61,839 nt of DNA from contig NW_021832245.1 in assembly GCF_006345805.1 (NCBI RefSeq), positions 1 to 61,839 on the forward strand, in the 5' to 3' direction. The stretch is from Octopus sinensis (taxonomy: Eukaryota). Each line of letters begins with the position of its first letter. The first letter of the stretch is position 1. The notes below the pieces were generated by a model. The model did not search any database, was not told the origin of the DNA, and saw nothing but the letters and a program-made list of their open reading frames with translations. A program made the translations under genes and the position numbers. Shown piece after piece: positions 26,094 to 39,345 of this stretch.

Positions 26094-27034
26094 AGGGCCA
26101 CCAGGTGTACCGTTGGCGGATTTCAGGAAGCATGGAAGTTTTGAAGGATGTAATGTCTCGACAGCTAACAACTGATACGGATAGTATTCCATGCCTCAGC
26201 AATTCTGAGCGTGAAAAAATGTTTCCGAAAGTCATAGGTGCTGTGTCATTTTTTTGATTTTATAAGCATATCCGCGAGTGTTTGTCATATGGAATTCAAA
26301 AAGGTGTCCAAGGTTGTTGGAAAGGTGGTGGTTTATCTTGTGGATGTCTAAAAATTCCTTCAACACGAACATTAAACCACCACATCGATTTCACCAGTGA
26401 GGGAGGTCCTACCTACCTGTGGCAATGATCACAGTTTCAACCTCAAGTGTATATAAAAAAAAAAACAGAAGCTAATATAAAACCAAAGCAAAAAAGAAAA
26501 AATATATATATGTATATACATACATAAAAGAAAAAAAGCAGAAACCCAAAAAGCAACAAAAACTTAGACCATTAACAGCTCCACCACCAACCAGCACCAG
26601 CACCAGCACAACCACAACCAACGCAAACAACACTACAAACAACAACACATCAAGTTCAACAACAGCTACCAACCAGCCCATTTATAAAGAATTCCGACGT
26701 TCATTGCAAACGTGTGTTGGGTGTTATCTGTCTGGATGGCAATATATCTTTCTTGCTTTGCTTTGCTTTATATCTTTTACATCTTAGGTGCTTTTTTTTT
26801 TTTTGGCTTTTTTATATACATATATTCTTTTGTTAGTATGCGCGCGCGCGCAAACACACACACACACAGACACACATACACACACACGCACACACTCACT
26901 CACACACACACACACACATGTATATATATTTATATATATGGTACAGGTAAACATATATATACATATGTACACACACAGGTACACACACATGCGTATATAC
27001 ATATATATACATGAGTATGTGTTTGTATATATAA

Positions 27035-27071
<37 letters not shown>

Positions 27072-27864
27072 GTATGTATGTATATGTATATATATATATA
27101 TATATATTTGTAGGTATGTATTTATATATACATACACACATACACACATACGCGCGCACACAGACACACACACACACACAGACACACACACAGAGCAAAG
27201 GAAGCAGTCAATTTCCGGAGTGAAAGGGGAGGTAAGGGTGATAGAAGAGGTGGCTACACAGCACTGTGTGACATGTTCCTGTCCATTTTATTTGCCCTTG
27301 CTCCCCTCCTCCCGCGTCTCACCTTCTTCATCCCTTAGCACCTTCTCCTTCATACCTTCATTGCTTGTTCAGATGTCAAGGGTCAAGAGAAACGCTGTTA
27401 TTGCCTGAACAAGCGAGGTTACTAAGGTTCAGGTCATGAACTCTCAACTCGCTCTCCCTCTCCTTCTCAAACTACTCCTCCGACTCTTTTTCTCCCTCAC
27501 TAAATCTATGTATCTCCTTAGCCCTCCACTCCTCTAACTCACTCTCGCTCAATCGCCTTTACTTTTCACGTTATTCTTTCTCTCTCTCTAACGCTGTCTT
27601 CTTTAAATTCTCTTAAACGCATTCGATGTAAGACACACGTATATACATACCTACAAGTTTACAGACACATTCTCATGCATGAAAAATCACATACTACGCG
27701 ACAAAACTCCTGTATACAGCAGCAGAATTGCTAAACTGTCCATAATTTTTCTCTTAACGTGCTTGTATGGCGGATGTATGCTTGTCTATCTCCGTCTCTC
27801 GTGAATATGAAAGAGAGAGAAAATGAATTTATATCTGCATGTGTAAGTGAGTATACATGCATAC

Positions 27865-29533
27865 ATAGCCACTCATAATAAAACGGAGTACTGGTGGAAT
27901 GTCTCAGTGAAGACCTCAATAAAAAAGTAAGCACGACAGACCTAGGATCTTTTCCTTTTGATGGACGGAATTTTCTAGTTCACTAAACAATTTGAAACTT
28001 CGTATACTGGTAGAATGTGTCAAAAGAAAACATTATTGTAAACAAAATTGAAAACAAAATTGTAATTTGTAAGTTTAACGTAGTTTAATTCTTCGAATTT
28101 TAACCAATGAAATACCAGCATTTGAGCTCAAATCATTTGCTACGTCTAAAAACTCAGACAATATCCTGTTGAACGTAAACAGCACACACACACACGTGTT
28201 ATTCATCCTTCTTTCTTCTGTCTTCTGACTTCTGAATGTGCTAGAAATAACAGCTATATTTCTTAAATCGATGAATTTCGTCGCCCAATGAAAATATTAA
28301 CGATATGTTTTGAATATTTTCTTTATTTTTTTTTTACCGAAAAGGCTTCTCCCATGAAGGGCCAGAAACAACAAAAACAAAACAATAATATGCCTAAATC
28401 GGTGTAGAGGGTGCACGTGGAGTGTGGGTCGTATTGTAAAAATTTGCGAAATACTTTTTCATAAAAGGATGCCCCAGCTTGTCGGAGGCTGTGATATAAA
28501 TTGGGAAAAAAATCCTCGACACCAGTGCGTAATTGGTATTTAATTTATCGACCCCGAAACGATGAAACATTGACCCCTCCCCCATCTCCGTTTGTATGTG
28601 TGTGTACGCTTATATATTAATTACTATGTGCTTGTGCAAATGTATATGCATGTGTTTGAGAGAGAGAGAGAGAGAGTGACAGAGAGTGTGTGTGTGCAAG
28701 TGTACGTGTGTATGTATCTGAATATATGTGTGTGTGTGTGTGTATGCGGCGTGCGTCTGCTATGTTTCTTTATCAATATCGATAACGCAGCAAATGATTT
28801 GAGCTCAAATGCTGGTATTTCATTGGTTAAAATTCGAAGAATTAAACTACGTTAAACTTACAAATTACAATTTTGTTTTCAATTTTGTTTACAATAATGT
28901 TTTCTTTTGACATATTCTACCAGTATACGAAGTTTCAAATTGTTTAGTTAACTAGAAAATTCCGTTCATCAAAAGGAAAAGATCCCAGACCTGGTATAAT
29001 GATTTGAGATAGAGAAAAGAAACTGTGTACAGCTGGGGAAATTAGCTGCCCTGCAGATGTTAACAAAAAGCTGAAGATCAGTGAAAAAGAGAACATCTAT
29101 GCTGAACTATTGAGAAATCTGCAGTTACTCTGTTCAGATTACAAGTTCAGTTTATACCTGCAATGATTGGGGTCCTGCGGTTAATAGCACACTGCCTAAA
29201 TACCAATCTTCAGAATTTAGGCTTCTCAAAACCAGTAAGGAGAAAGCTGATTCGAAGACTACAGATCCAGTCCATCACTGAAACTGTAAAAAGCTGTAAA
29301 ACTTTCCAGAAGTTTATCATTTAAGTATATATGATCATGTCTAGATATGCAACTATAAGCATGAGAATACATACAAAAAGCAACACATACAAATCTGCAC
29401 ATATACATACATACATACATACAAAAATACACTGTTGTTGCTGTTGAAATTCCAATAAAGGAACCTTGGATCTAGTTTAGAAACCGGTTCTTTCTCTATT
29501 AGCAAGAAATCTTGAAATAAACTGAATAATGAC
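27865..29533 (+). mobile_element. 3' part of TACA-associated R4-like LINE, split by a MITE
   Basis: HNKTEYWWNVSVKTSIKSKHDRP|..IWDREKKLC..LQIQSITETVKSCKTFQKFII* plus 3' UTR; begins after TACATGCATACATA and ends in GACATACATAC. Confidence 0.85.
27945..28985. mobile_element. Long-TIR MITE, GGATCTTTTC termini, 8-bp TSD (Merlin-like or hAT-like)
   Basis: ~200-bp inverted arms; TSD CAGACCTA (27937-27944) / CAGACCTG (28986-28993). Confidence 0.85.
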
Positions 29534-29544
29534 ATACATACGTA

Positions 29545-29832
29545 TTTGGGATAGAGAAGAGAAACTGTGTAGTTGTGGAAATAAGCTGCCCAGCGGATGT
29601 TAACATAAAGCTAAAGATCACCGAAAACGGAAATACCTATTGAGAAATCTTGTTACTTTATCTAGATTACAAATTCAGGTTTATATTTGTAATAATTGGG
29701 GCACTGTGATATGTATCACACTGCCGAAATACCAATCTTGAGAAATTGGGTTTCTCAAAACCAGAAAGGAGAAAACTGATTCGAAGACAACAGATCCAAG
29801 CCATCACTGGAACTGTAAAAATCTGTAAGACA
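29545..29832 (+). mobile_element. Further fragment of the TACA-associated R4-like LINE
   Basis: Starts immediately after the previous copy's TACA tail; WDREEKLC...LQIQAITGTVKIC. Confidence 0.8.
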
Positions 29833-29840
29833 TAAACACA

Positions 29841-29897
<57 letters not shown>

Positions 29898-30199
29898 TAC
29901 ACACACACACACACACACAAACACACACGTACATGCATAGTGAGCAACAGGATACATGCCAACCCGTCTTGACACAAAGTATGGCTGAACTTGGGATCTT
30001 GGTGAGAGAGGGAAGACAAATGCAAATTTTTAATTCATATGCTACAAATGATGGCGAGATCTGACACAATAAGGATCTTCAAGAACTTCTTAGGATTTAG
30101 AGGATGATGATTTGAACAAGATACTTTCCTTCACAACCTTGCTACCAAGTAGGTGGCTGGTCAAAATTTCCTCTGAAATTAAATGAGAAACAGTACATA

Positions 30200-31349
30200 C
30201 GAGGGACGTTCAATAAGTAATGCCTTTGACCCACTTCCAGGTGTTTGATCTAGTTGAAATTTTGCATGTGCAATTACTTATATCTCTATAGAGATATATG
30301 GTTTCTGATTTACAGGTGTTTGAACTGAGTCAAGTGTGAAATGGAGCCTGTTGAGTGTCGAGCAGTGATCCGGTTTTTGTATTTGAAAGGACGCACACCA
30401 CGGGAGACTTTTGATGAAATGAAAGTAACTTATGGTGATGATGCCCCATCATATGACCTTGTAAAACGCTGGCATCGTGAATTCAAACATGGTCGGAACT
30501 CTGTGGAAACAGCTCCCAGATCTGGTCGCCCCCCTTCTGCCATTGATGAGGCATCTGTCCGTCAAGTTGAGGCTGCCATTTTGGAAGATCGACGCATAAC
30601 TATTCGCCAAATAGCCCATAAGGTCAAGATTAGTACCGGGTAGTGGAAACTATCATTCATGAACATTTGCATATGCAAAAGGTGTCTGCCAGATGGATTC
30701 CCAGGTTGCTCACACCTTTCCAGAAGCAAGAACGCGTCGAATGCTCGAGGATGAATTTGGAGACGTACCAAGAAGATGAGTCAAACTTTTTCAAAAGATT
30801 GATTACACAGGATGAAACCTGGGTCCATCACTATGGTCCAGAGACCAAAGCCCAGTCAATGCAGTGGAAGCACCGTGACTCACCTCCTCCAAAGAAGGCA
30901 AGGGTGCAGCCCTCTGCTGGCAAGGTCATGCTCACAGATCAGCGGGGCAAGATCAGCGAAGGCATCCTCCTCCTGCAGGACAACGCTCCGGTCCACAACT
31001 CGCGTGTCGCCAGATCAGAAGCACAGGCGTGCGGCTATGAACTCCTCCCCCATCCCCCTACTCTCCTGACCTTGCACCCTCTGATTTTCACCTCTTCCCA
31101 GCCATGAAGTTGTTTTGAAAGGAAAGCATTTCCCAGATGATGCACCCTTGATTTCTAAAGTCACGTCGTGGATGTAGGACCAAGCTGGGGTCTTTTACAA
31201 AAACGGTCTCCAGAGCTGGATCAAACGATGGGAGAAATGCCTAACTCTGAGTGGTTCATATGTAGAAAAAGACCAATAACTGTGCCAAGTTCCGTTGCTC
31301 TACTGGTATGGGAAGTGGGTCAGGGGCATTACTTATTGAACGCCCCACG
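30200..31349 (+). mobile_element. Mariner (D,D34D-type) transposon with both TIRs, internally deleted and inactive
   Basis: TA|CGAGGGACGTTCAATAAGTAATGCC ... GGCATTACTTATTGAACGCCCCACG|TA. Transposase starts at 30341 with WIPRLLT, ITQDETW, LLQDNA, PYSPDLAPSDFHLF (last in a shifted frame). Confidence 0.93.
30341..31290 (+). pseudogene. Mariner transposase pseudogene
   Basis: ORFs 30341-30643 and 30643-31107; premature stop, frameshifts and a deletion near the WWD region. Confidence 0.88.
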
Positions 31350-31989
31350 TACATAAAACATAAATACTATAATGGGTACAGGACGTCACCAACAGTAAAC
31401 AATATGAAATACGAAAACAAATGAGTTTAATACGCAAACAACGAAAGAAACAAATTGGAAACAGGAGAAGTAACATAAAGAACGACTCTTCTCCAGTTGT
31501 CGGCTGTCTATTTACTCGTCTTGAGCCTTGAACGACATTATGAGTTTTTGAAGACAGTTGCTCCCATAAGTACCAAAATAAAATTTTGGATTTATGGAGA
31601 GTTAAAGTTGGGAACAAAAACGGGACAGTGGAGATATAAAAGGAAACCGAATGAAAACAAACATGGAAGGTCGTTAGACCAGAACGAGGGTAAAATAGCG
31701 AACGCTGGAGAAATATTTTCTTTGAAAATAGAAAAGATAGAATACGTCCAGTCCTTAAGATAGTCCTGAAGGAAAAGAAAGGTGATCACATGAAGAAAAG
31801 GAAGATGGACGATGGTCATGTGTGAGCAACGAGAGAGAGAAAAAGAGAAAGAGGGTCAGAGGGAAAGACAGATAGAAAAAGGTGAAAGGAAGGAAAAGAT
31901 GGGAGAGAAAACAGTATAGAGTAGAGTCGCAGCAAAGAGATTAAGATAAACTTACTTAGAAATGGATGTGTGGCGTTCAATCAAATAAT

Positions 31990-32593
31990 ATATCATATAT
32001 ATAAAACATACATACATACACACACATACATACACACACACATACATACATACATACATACATACATACATACATACATACATACATACATACATGCATA
32101 CATACATGCATACATACATACATACATACATACATACATACATACATACATCGATCAGAGGTCAGCAAAGCAGAGTTTTAGGTCCAATAAGGCTTGCACG
32201 ACACCTCAGACAAGCCAGAGCTAGATGTCTGGTGCCAATATGAGTCGAAGGTTCGGGGATGTGGGCGGCCATGATCTCTAGCACAAACCAAAGATTCCCA
32301 AAATGTCCAATGCCATTTCCTCTATATCAGGTTTTTTATCAGACTGACCTTCACCCAGTGACATGCTTCAACAGAAGCTGAGGGGTGCATCACTCCCAAT
32401 GGTCTTCTAGCACGCCGGACACCATCCCGGAATTTCTGCGTACCCCTGCTATTGATAGATAGCCGTTGAATCTGCACTAGGTTTATCCGACCTTTCATAC
32501 ATACATACATACATACATACATACATACATACATACATACATACATACATACATGCATGCATACACACATACATACATACATACATACATACA

Positions 32594-32624
<31 letters not shown>

Positions 32625-32930
32625 CTTTGTTGGAAACTGACTCCCTCCTCAGTTTGAAATTTATAATAATTAAAAAATAGAAGAGACATACATACATACA
32701 TACATACATACATACATACATACATACATACATACAACCATACATACATACATACAAACATACATACATACATATATACAAACATACATACATACATACA
32801 TGCAAACATACATACATACATATATACAAACATACATACATACATACATGCAAACATACATACATACATATATACAAACATACATACATACATACATACA
32901 TACATACATACATACATACATACATACATA
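31990..32930. repeat. Large (TACA)n arrays flanking a 340-bp unidentified insert (32152-32495)
   Basis: Direct reading. Confidence 0.85.
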
Positions 32931-33013
32931 CCATTACATTACATGCATATTCTTTTATTCTTTTATGCGTTTCAACCCAAAGGTTGTGACCATGCTACGA
33001 CACTGCTAATATT

Positions 33014-33398
33014 CTTCTCTACTCTTGGCACAAGGCCCGAAATTTGGGGGGAGGGACCCAGTCGATTAGATCGACTCCAGTACGCAACTAGTACTTAATT
33101 TATCGAACCCGAAAGGATGAAAGACATAGTCAACCTCGGCGGAATTTGAACTCAGAACGTAAAGGCAGATGAAATACCTATTTCTTTACTGCCCACAAGG
33201 CATACATAGGGGACAAACAGGGACAGACAAACAGATTAAGTCGATTATATCGACCCCAGTGCGTAACTGGTACTTATTTAATCGACCCCGAATGAATGAA
33301 AGGCAAAGACGACCTCGGCGGAATTTGAACTCAGAACGTAGCGGCAGACGAAATGCCGCTAAGCATGTGCTAACGTTTCTGCCAGCTCACCACCTTTA
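33014..33398 (-). mobile_element. Family-B/B' SINE dimer
   Basis: Junction AAAGAAATA|GGTATTTCATCTGCC on the minus strand; TSD ACACTGCTAATATT at 33000-33013 and 33399-33412. Confidence 0.85.
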
Positions 33399-33659
33399 AC
33401 ACTGCTAATATTATCACCTCTTCAACGGCCATTCTTTTGTGATTGGCTTTTGGTGAAAGGAGTTCGATATGGCTTCCCTTCTTCGAGTTGCCGTGATTGT
33501 AGGTTTATTTGGGACCTTGGATATTCTAAAATTCTGTTATTCCTATACTTGTTTCAGTAATTTGACTGCGGCCATGCTGGAGCACCGCCTTTTATTCGAA
33601 GAAATCGACCCCAGATCTTATTCTTTGTAAGCCTGGTACTTATTACTATTATTATTATT

Positions 33660-36035
33660 CAGTAGTTTTATTGTTATAGCGTGCTTTCACTTCACTACCG
33701 AGCGCAGCTCTGTGTGCCTTGGGTATGTGCTGTGATTTGTTGTGATGCTCTGATGGTTATTGTATGGAAAGTGTTCTGCGTAGGATGTGTGCAGTGCCTA
33801 GTAGTGCAATTTTCTGTATGTTATATGTGTTTGTAAGTCCTGGTGTTTTTGTTATGTATTTGTCTGAATATTTTTTTTTTATCATGCCTAATGCACCTAC
33901 TATGATAGGAATTGTTTCTGTTTTCAGATTCCACATTCTAGTTACCTCTATTTCCAGGTCTTTGTATTTTGAGAGTTTCTCCATTTCTTTTAGAGACACG
34001 TTGTCATCTGCCGGTATTGATACATCAATTAGAAAGCATTTTTTTTCTTCATGATCTCTGACAACTATATCTGGTCTGTTGGCCTTAATTTCTCTATCTG
34101 TGTGTATCGGCATATCCCAGAGTATGGTTGCTTTCTCATTTTCTGTGACCTTTTCTGGTGTGTGCCTATACCATCTTTTTTCTGTTGTTATTCCATAATG
34201 TTGGCATAGCTTCCAATGTATGTAGGTTCCAACTCTGTCATGTCTGTGAATATATTCCTTCTTAGTATGGACTGGGCAGCTAGTGATAATATGATTTATT
34301 GTTTCTTGTCCATCTCCACATATTCTGCAGTTACTTGTAATATTTCTTTTCATTACATGTTTTTGGTAATTTCTGGTGGGGAGGCTTTGGTCTTGTGCTG
34401 CAATTAAAAATCCCTCTGTTTCTGCTTTGAGTCCTGAGCTTCTCAACCATTGCTGGGATTTTTCTTTGTCTATTTCTTTTGCGTTTAGTTTAGTGCAGTA
34501 TTTACCATGAAGGGGCTTTTCTTGCCATCATTTTATCATGGTTCGTTGCTGTTCTCCTTTTAGTTTGGATTTCACTTGTTTTATAGCTTTTGTTGTTTCT
34601 TCATCATCTTCTTCTTCTTCTTCTTCTTCTTCTTCTTCTTCTTCTTCTTCTTCATGTTTATTAGGTGGTATGATTTCTTGTTTGTATTTGTCAGCTTCCT
34701 TAAATACTGAGAACAGTTTTTTGTTTTGCTCGTGTTTTGCCGCTATCTGGATCAGTTTTCCTTCCTTCTGAAGTAGATATTTTTGCAGTCCTATGGTGGT
34801 TATTTTATAGTAGTTTTCCAGCTGTATAAGGCCTCTACCACCTTCTATACGTTGTATATATAGTCTTTCTATGTCCGATTTTGGGTGATGCATCCTAGAT
34901 CCTGTCATTATTTTTCTTGTTTTCCTATCTATTTTGTTCAGTTCATTTCGTGTCCAGTTAAGGATATTGTAGCTGTAACTTATAACTGGGACAGCTAAAG
35001 TGTTGATACCTATTATCTTGTTTTTAGCATTGAGCTCCGTTTTTAGTATTGATCTAACTCGTCTATAATATTCTTTTTTTATTTTCTCTTTCATTTGTGT
35101 GTGTTGTGTCTTATCTAGTTCATGGATTCCTAAGTATTTGTAAGTTTGGCTTTGGTCTAATTCTTTTATTTCATTGGTTTTATCTAGTGTGATGTTGATA
35201 CTCTTAACTAGTTTTCCTCTTTTAATGGTTACTTTGGCGCATTTTTCTAATCCAAATTTCATATCTATTTCTTTGGTAAATCCATGAACTGTCTTTAATA
35301 GTGTTTCCAGCTGTTTGTCATTTGCAGCGTATAGTTTTAGGTCATCCATATATAAAAGGTGGCTGATCGTTTTGCCGTAACATTTATATCCACATCCAGT
35401 TCTATTTAGTATATCAGATAGAGGTGACAGTGCCAAGCAGAAAAGGAGTGGAGAGAGCGTGTCTCCCTGGAATATTCCTCTTCTAATGGGGATGTCTTTG
35501 GTTTTCATGAGTCCCTCTTTCGTTGGAGGTGTAGGACTGTTTGCCATTTATTCATAGAGTGCTCTATGAATTTTATGATTGTTGGTGTGCTACTTTGTTA
35601 ATGGCTAGTGTTTCGAGGATCCATGTGTGGGGGATGCTATCAAACGCCTTTTTGTAGTCAATCCAGGCCATACTGAGGCCTTTCTTCTTTCTGTGGCTGT
35701 CTTCAGTTATGGTTTTATTAATCATTAGTTGATCTTTACAGCCATATGAGCCTTTGCGGCATCCTTTCTGCTCTTCTGGGAACAGTTTGTTTTCGTCCAA
35801 GTGCTTGTTCAGCCTTTGCGATATCACTGCAGTAAATGCCTTGAACATAGTAAGGAGACAGGTTATTGGTCTGTAGTTTTCTGGTTTTGCTGTTTCATTT
35901 GATTTGGGAATTAAGATGGTTTTCCCCTTCGTGAGCCATTCAGGCATTGTCTCTGGCTCTGCTAGTATGTTGTTAAAGTTTTCAGCCAGCTTTTTGTGCA
36001 TTCCTGTTAGATATTTCAACCAGAATTTGGGGATC

Positions 36036-36037
<2 letters not shown>
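33660..36037 (-). mobile_element. Dong/R4-clade non-LTR retrotransposon, 5'-truncated, inserted in TAA repeats
   Basis: RT: NYRPITCL, AWIDYKKAFDSIPH, RGIFQGDTLSP, LLYMDDLK. CCHC: CRIC..ETINHIITSC. REL: NRPDIVV..LIDVSIP..KYKDL. One frameshift (~35560) and one nonsense codon (34528-34530). (TAA)n at both ends. Confidence 0.95.
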
Positions 36038-36071
<34 letters not shown>

Positions 36072-36152
36072 TATTATTATTATTATTATCATCATCATTA
36101 TTATTATTATTATCATTATTATTATTATTATTACTATAATAATAACAACAAC

Positions 36153-36226
<74 letters not shown>

Positions 36227-36295
36227 GATTATTATTATTGTTGTTGTTGTTATTATTATTATTATTATTATTATTGAAGGTATGAAGCAGTATTA
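36037..36295. repeat. Compound (TTA)n/(TAA)n microsatellite with internal strand switches
   Basis: Direct reading. Confidence 0.9.
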
Positions 36296-36939
36296 ACATT
36301 TCGATTGATACCTGATGAAGAATTAGGGTCCTTCTATGTCTGTCCTACGTGTACGTTTTTTAAATATTTAATGCATTTTTCATATATATATATATATGTA
36401 TACAGAGAGAGGGAGAGAGAGAGAAGGAGAGAGGTATTTGTGCACACACACACATACGTACACACCTAAACAGTTTTAAGTTTGAAAATTTAGAAACAAA
36501 ATATACAAAACATAACTATTGATTTGTTTTTGTTTTTTTATTAAAAGTTATGAATAGCATAGTTTGTAAAAACACCAAATCACGAGAATGGATTTTCGAA
36601 AATCTAAATTCTACTTCTAAAAAAAAAAAAAAGATAAAAAGAAGCATAATTTGAGAATCAGTGTGAAAGGGTACGATTTAATGGTCGTTTGTTTGTTATT
36701 TCCAGTTTAATCAAAGGAAAATGCAGATGTTCACCAGTTGGCTCGTTAAAATAATGATTTCATTGTTGTCGTATGTACCGTCACCTGTCACTGCAGATGA
36801 CGACGACAAATGGCTACAAATCCTTCGTCACCAAATATCTCATATTTACATTTTTTTCCCACCTGTTTGCAACCGTTTGGGACATGAGAAATGACTGGTT
36901 TATCATCAGGGGACATGGCCGAATATCAGATACATAATC

Positions 36940-37146
36940 TATTCTTTTCTACTCTAGGCACAAGGCCTGAAATTTTGGGAGAGGGATCCAGTCGATTAGA
37001 TCGACTCCAGTGCGTAACTGGTACTTAATTTATCGAACCCGAAAGGATGAAAGGCAAAGTCGACCTCGGTGGAATTTGAACTCAGAACGTAACGACAGAC
37101 GAAATACCGCGAAGCATTTCGCCTGGCATGCTAACGTTTCTGCCAG
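36940..37146 (-). mobile_element. Family-B' SINE (same core, alternative tail CCCAAAATTTCAGGCCTTGTGCC); a second partial copy at ~37215-37365
   Basis: Meta-like core and B-box in reverse orientation. Confidence 0.85.
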
Positions 37147-37417
37147 ATAGTCTCTAGGATTTGATAGATTAGTGTAGTAGTGGTACGAATCAAGTGGAGT
37201 GGAATAACAACAACAACAATAATAATAATCCTTTCTACTACAGGCACAAGGCCTGGAATTTGGGGGAGGGGTATAGTCGATTACATCGATCCCAGTGTTT
37301 CACTAGTACTTAATTTATCGATCCCGAAGGATGAAAGACAGAGTCGACTTCGGCGCAACTTGAACCCCTCAGCTTTTGCTAAAGCATTCTCTAGGAGATT
37401 ATTTTGTTATAAAACTT

Positions 37418-38235
37418 GGATCTTTTCCCTTTGTATGGCACTTTTCAACACAATTTCTAGTTAACTAAACACTTTTAAACTTCGAATACTGGTAGAATGT
37501 GTTTATAAAAGATCAATTTTTCTTAGCTTTATTGAGAAAATTCTATATGTTGTAACATATTTCGTCTTTAATTTCGAGCATTTCGGCAATTTTAATCAAT
37601 CGCTGGCGTCCATTTAGGTAAATAACATTCTGTGCATTATGAATATGTCCCTCCTTTAAGAAACAGATTGGGTTTATTTACATTTGTGAAGAAAAAAGAT
37701 ACCCTTCTCCCACCCCTAACCCTAACCCTAACCCTCACCCTAAATCTAAAATAGATTGAAATGCAATAGATCGATACAAGGGTTATAATTAAGGGTGACA
37801 ATTGCATACGACACCGCTACGGAAACTGGGATTTTTTTCTAGCGGTGTCAAATGAAAATGTCACCCATAATTATGGCCCTAGTATCGATCTATTGCATTT
37901 CAATCTATTTTAGATTTAGGGTTAGGGTAACGGTTAGGGGTGGGGGAAGGGTATCTTTTTTCTTCACAAATGTAAATAAACCCAATCTATTTCTTAAAGG
38001 AGGGACATATTCATTATGCACAGAATGTTATTTACCTAAATGGATGCCAGCGATTGGTTAAAATTGCCGAAATGCTCAAAATTAAAGACGAAATATCTTA
38101 CAACCTATAGAATTTTCTCAATAAAGCCAAGAGAAAATGATGTTTTATAAACACATTCTACCAGTATACGAAGTTTAAAAAATTTTAGTTACCTAGAAAT
38201 TATGTTACAAAGTGCCGTTCAAAAGGAAAAGATCC
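37418..38235. mobile_element. Foldback MITE of the GGATCTTTTC family (almost entirely palindromic)
   Basis: ~400-bp inverted arms containing CCCTAA repeats; TSD TAAAACTT / TAAAACTA. Confidence 0.88.
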
Positions 38236-38404
38236 TAAAACTAGATATGCAGGGAAATGGCATTGAATATTTTGGGGGTCCTTTACTTGTGCTTGAGATC
38301 ATGGCGTTCCCATATGTCGCACACACATAGTGAGACCAGAACAACGTTGTTTTAAAGCTATGCTCCTAACCGTACAGCAGCGTCTTTATGAATGCATGTA
38401 TACG

Positions 38405-38801
38405 TCTATATATATAAAGCTGAAGTTGTCTGTGTGTGGCAGGTTTTGTAGTCTTCAACTAACACTATCTCCTCCGAGACCCTGCGGCGCAAGTTGACCA
38501 AAATTGAGAGTATGATAGAAGAAGGCTTGCTCTTCATTCCGTAGAAGACAAAATTCAAATCGGATCATGTTAAGACCAAAAATTATTTACATCAAAAAGA
38601 TGCTTTTTTCTATGAAAATCCTTATTTTTTACGATTTTTTGACTGCTGTGTCGCCATTTTTCGGTGTATTTTAACCAGAAAAATGTTCGCTTAAAGAGAA
38701 TAACAAGCTACATAATGCAAATTTTTTACTTTTCAAAAATTCAAAAATTCCAATTCTAAAGAGTCGAAACAAACCTGAGCAACGCCGGGCGATACTGCTA
38801 G
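38405..38801 (+). mobile_element. Non-autonomous Helitron
   Basis: TCTATATATATAAAG 5' end; hairpin and CTAG|T 3' end nearly identical to 7852-8248. Confidence 0.82.
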
Positions 38802-39305
38802 TATATGTAAAAACGACGTTGAAATCATGGCTCTTTCATATTCGTCAGCCTGTAACCCATATTTGTACTGAATATCTTGCCCTGGCTTGGCTGAGGATCA
38901 TATCAACAGGTGAAATTGTTTGCGGGGTGTTGTACAAGCCTTCCTAGACCTAAACTGTTACGTTGCGCAATCGCTAGCAAGGCCGTATAGGATAGTACTG
39001 CAGCAAACATGAAAGCCGTGTGCTCGAACACGGCATTGCTGATATTTTGAATGGGCATTGGTCACTGCTAGTTGTCCTCGGTCACGAGTGTATTTACAGT
39101 GTCGTCTTAAGGCCTGGGCACAGTGGGCAGTTGCCGGGGCCTCACAATTGTGATTTATGTATGATGTGGCTTTCTGTCAATAAATAAATTCTATAGCGGT
39201 CAGTGCATTGATTTGCTCGAATCCTATAATTTTGTAAAGACAGCACGGTATATATATCTGTATATGTATACATGTGTGTGTGAGTGTGTGTGAGTGTGTG
39301 TGCGT

Positions 39306-39345
<40 letters not shown>

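Noticed and set aside
32152-32495. Insert between TACA arrays, similar to ~38245-38310 and ~38870-38970
   Set aside because: Probably a dispersed repeat remnant; no recognisable protein motif or termini, so left unassigned.
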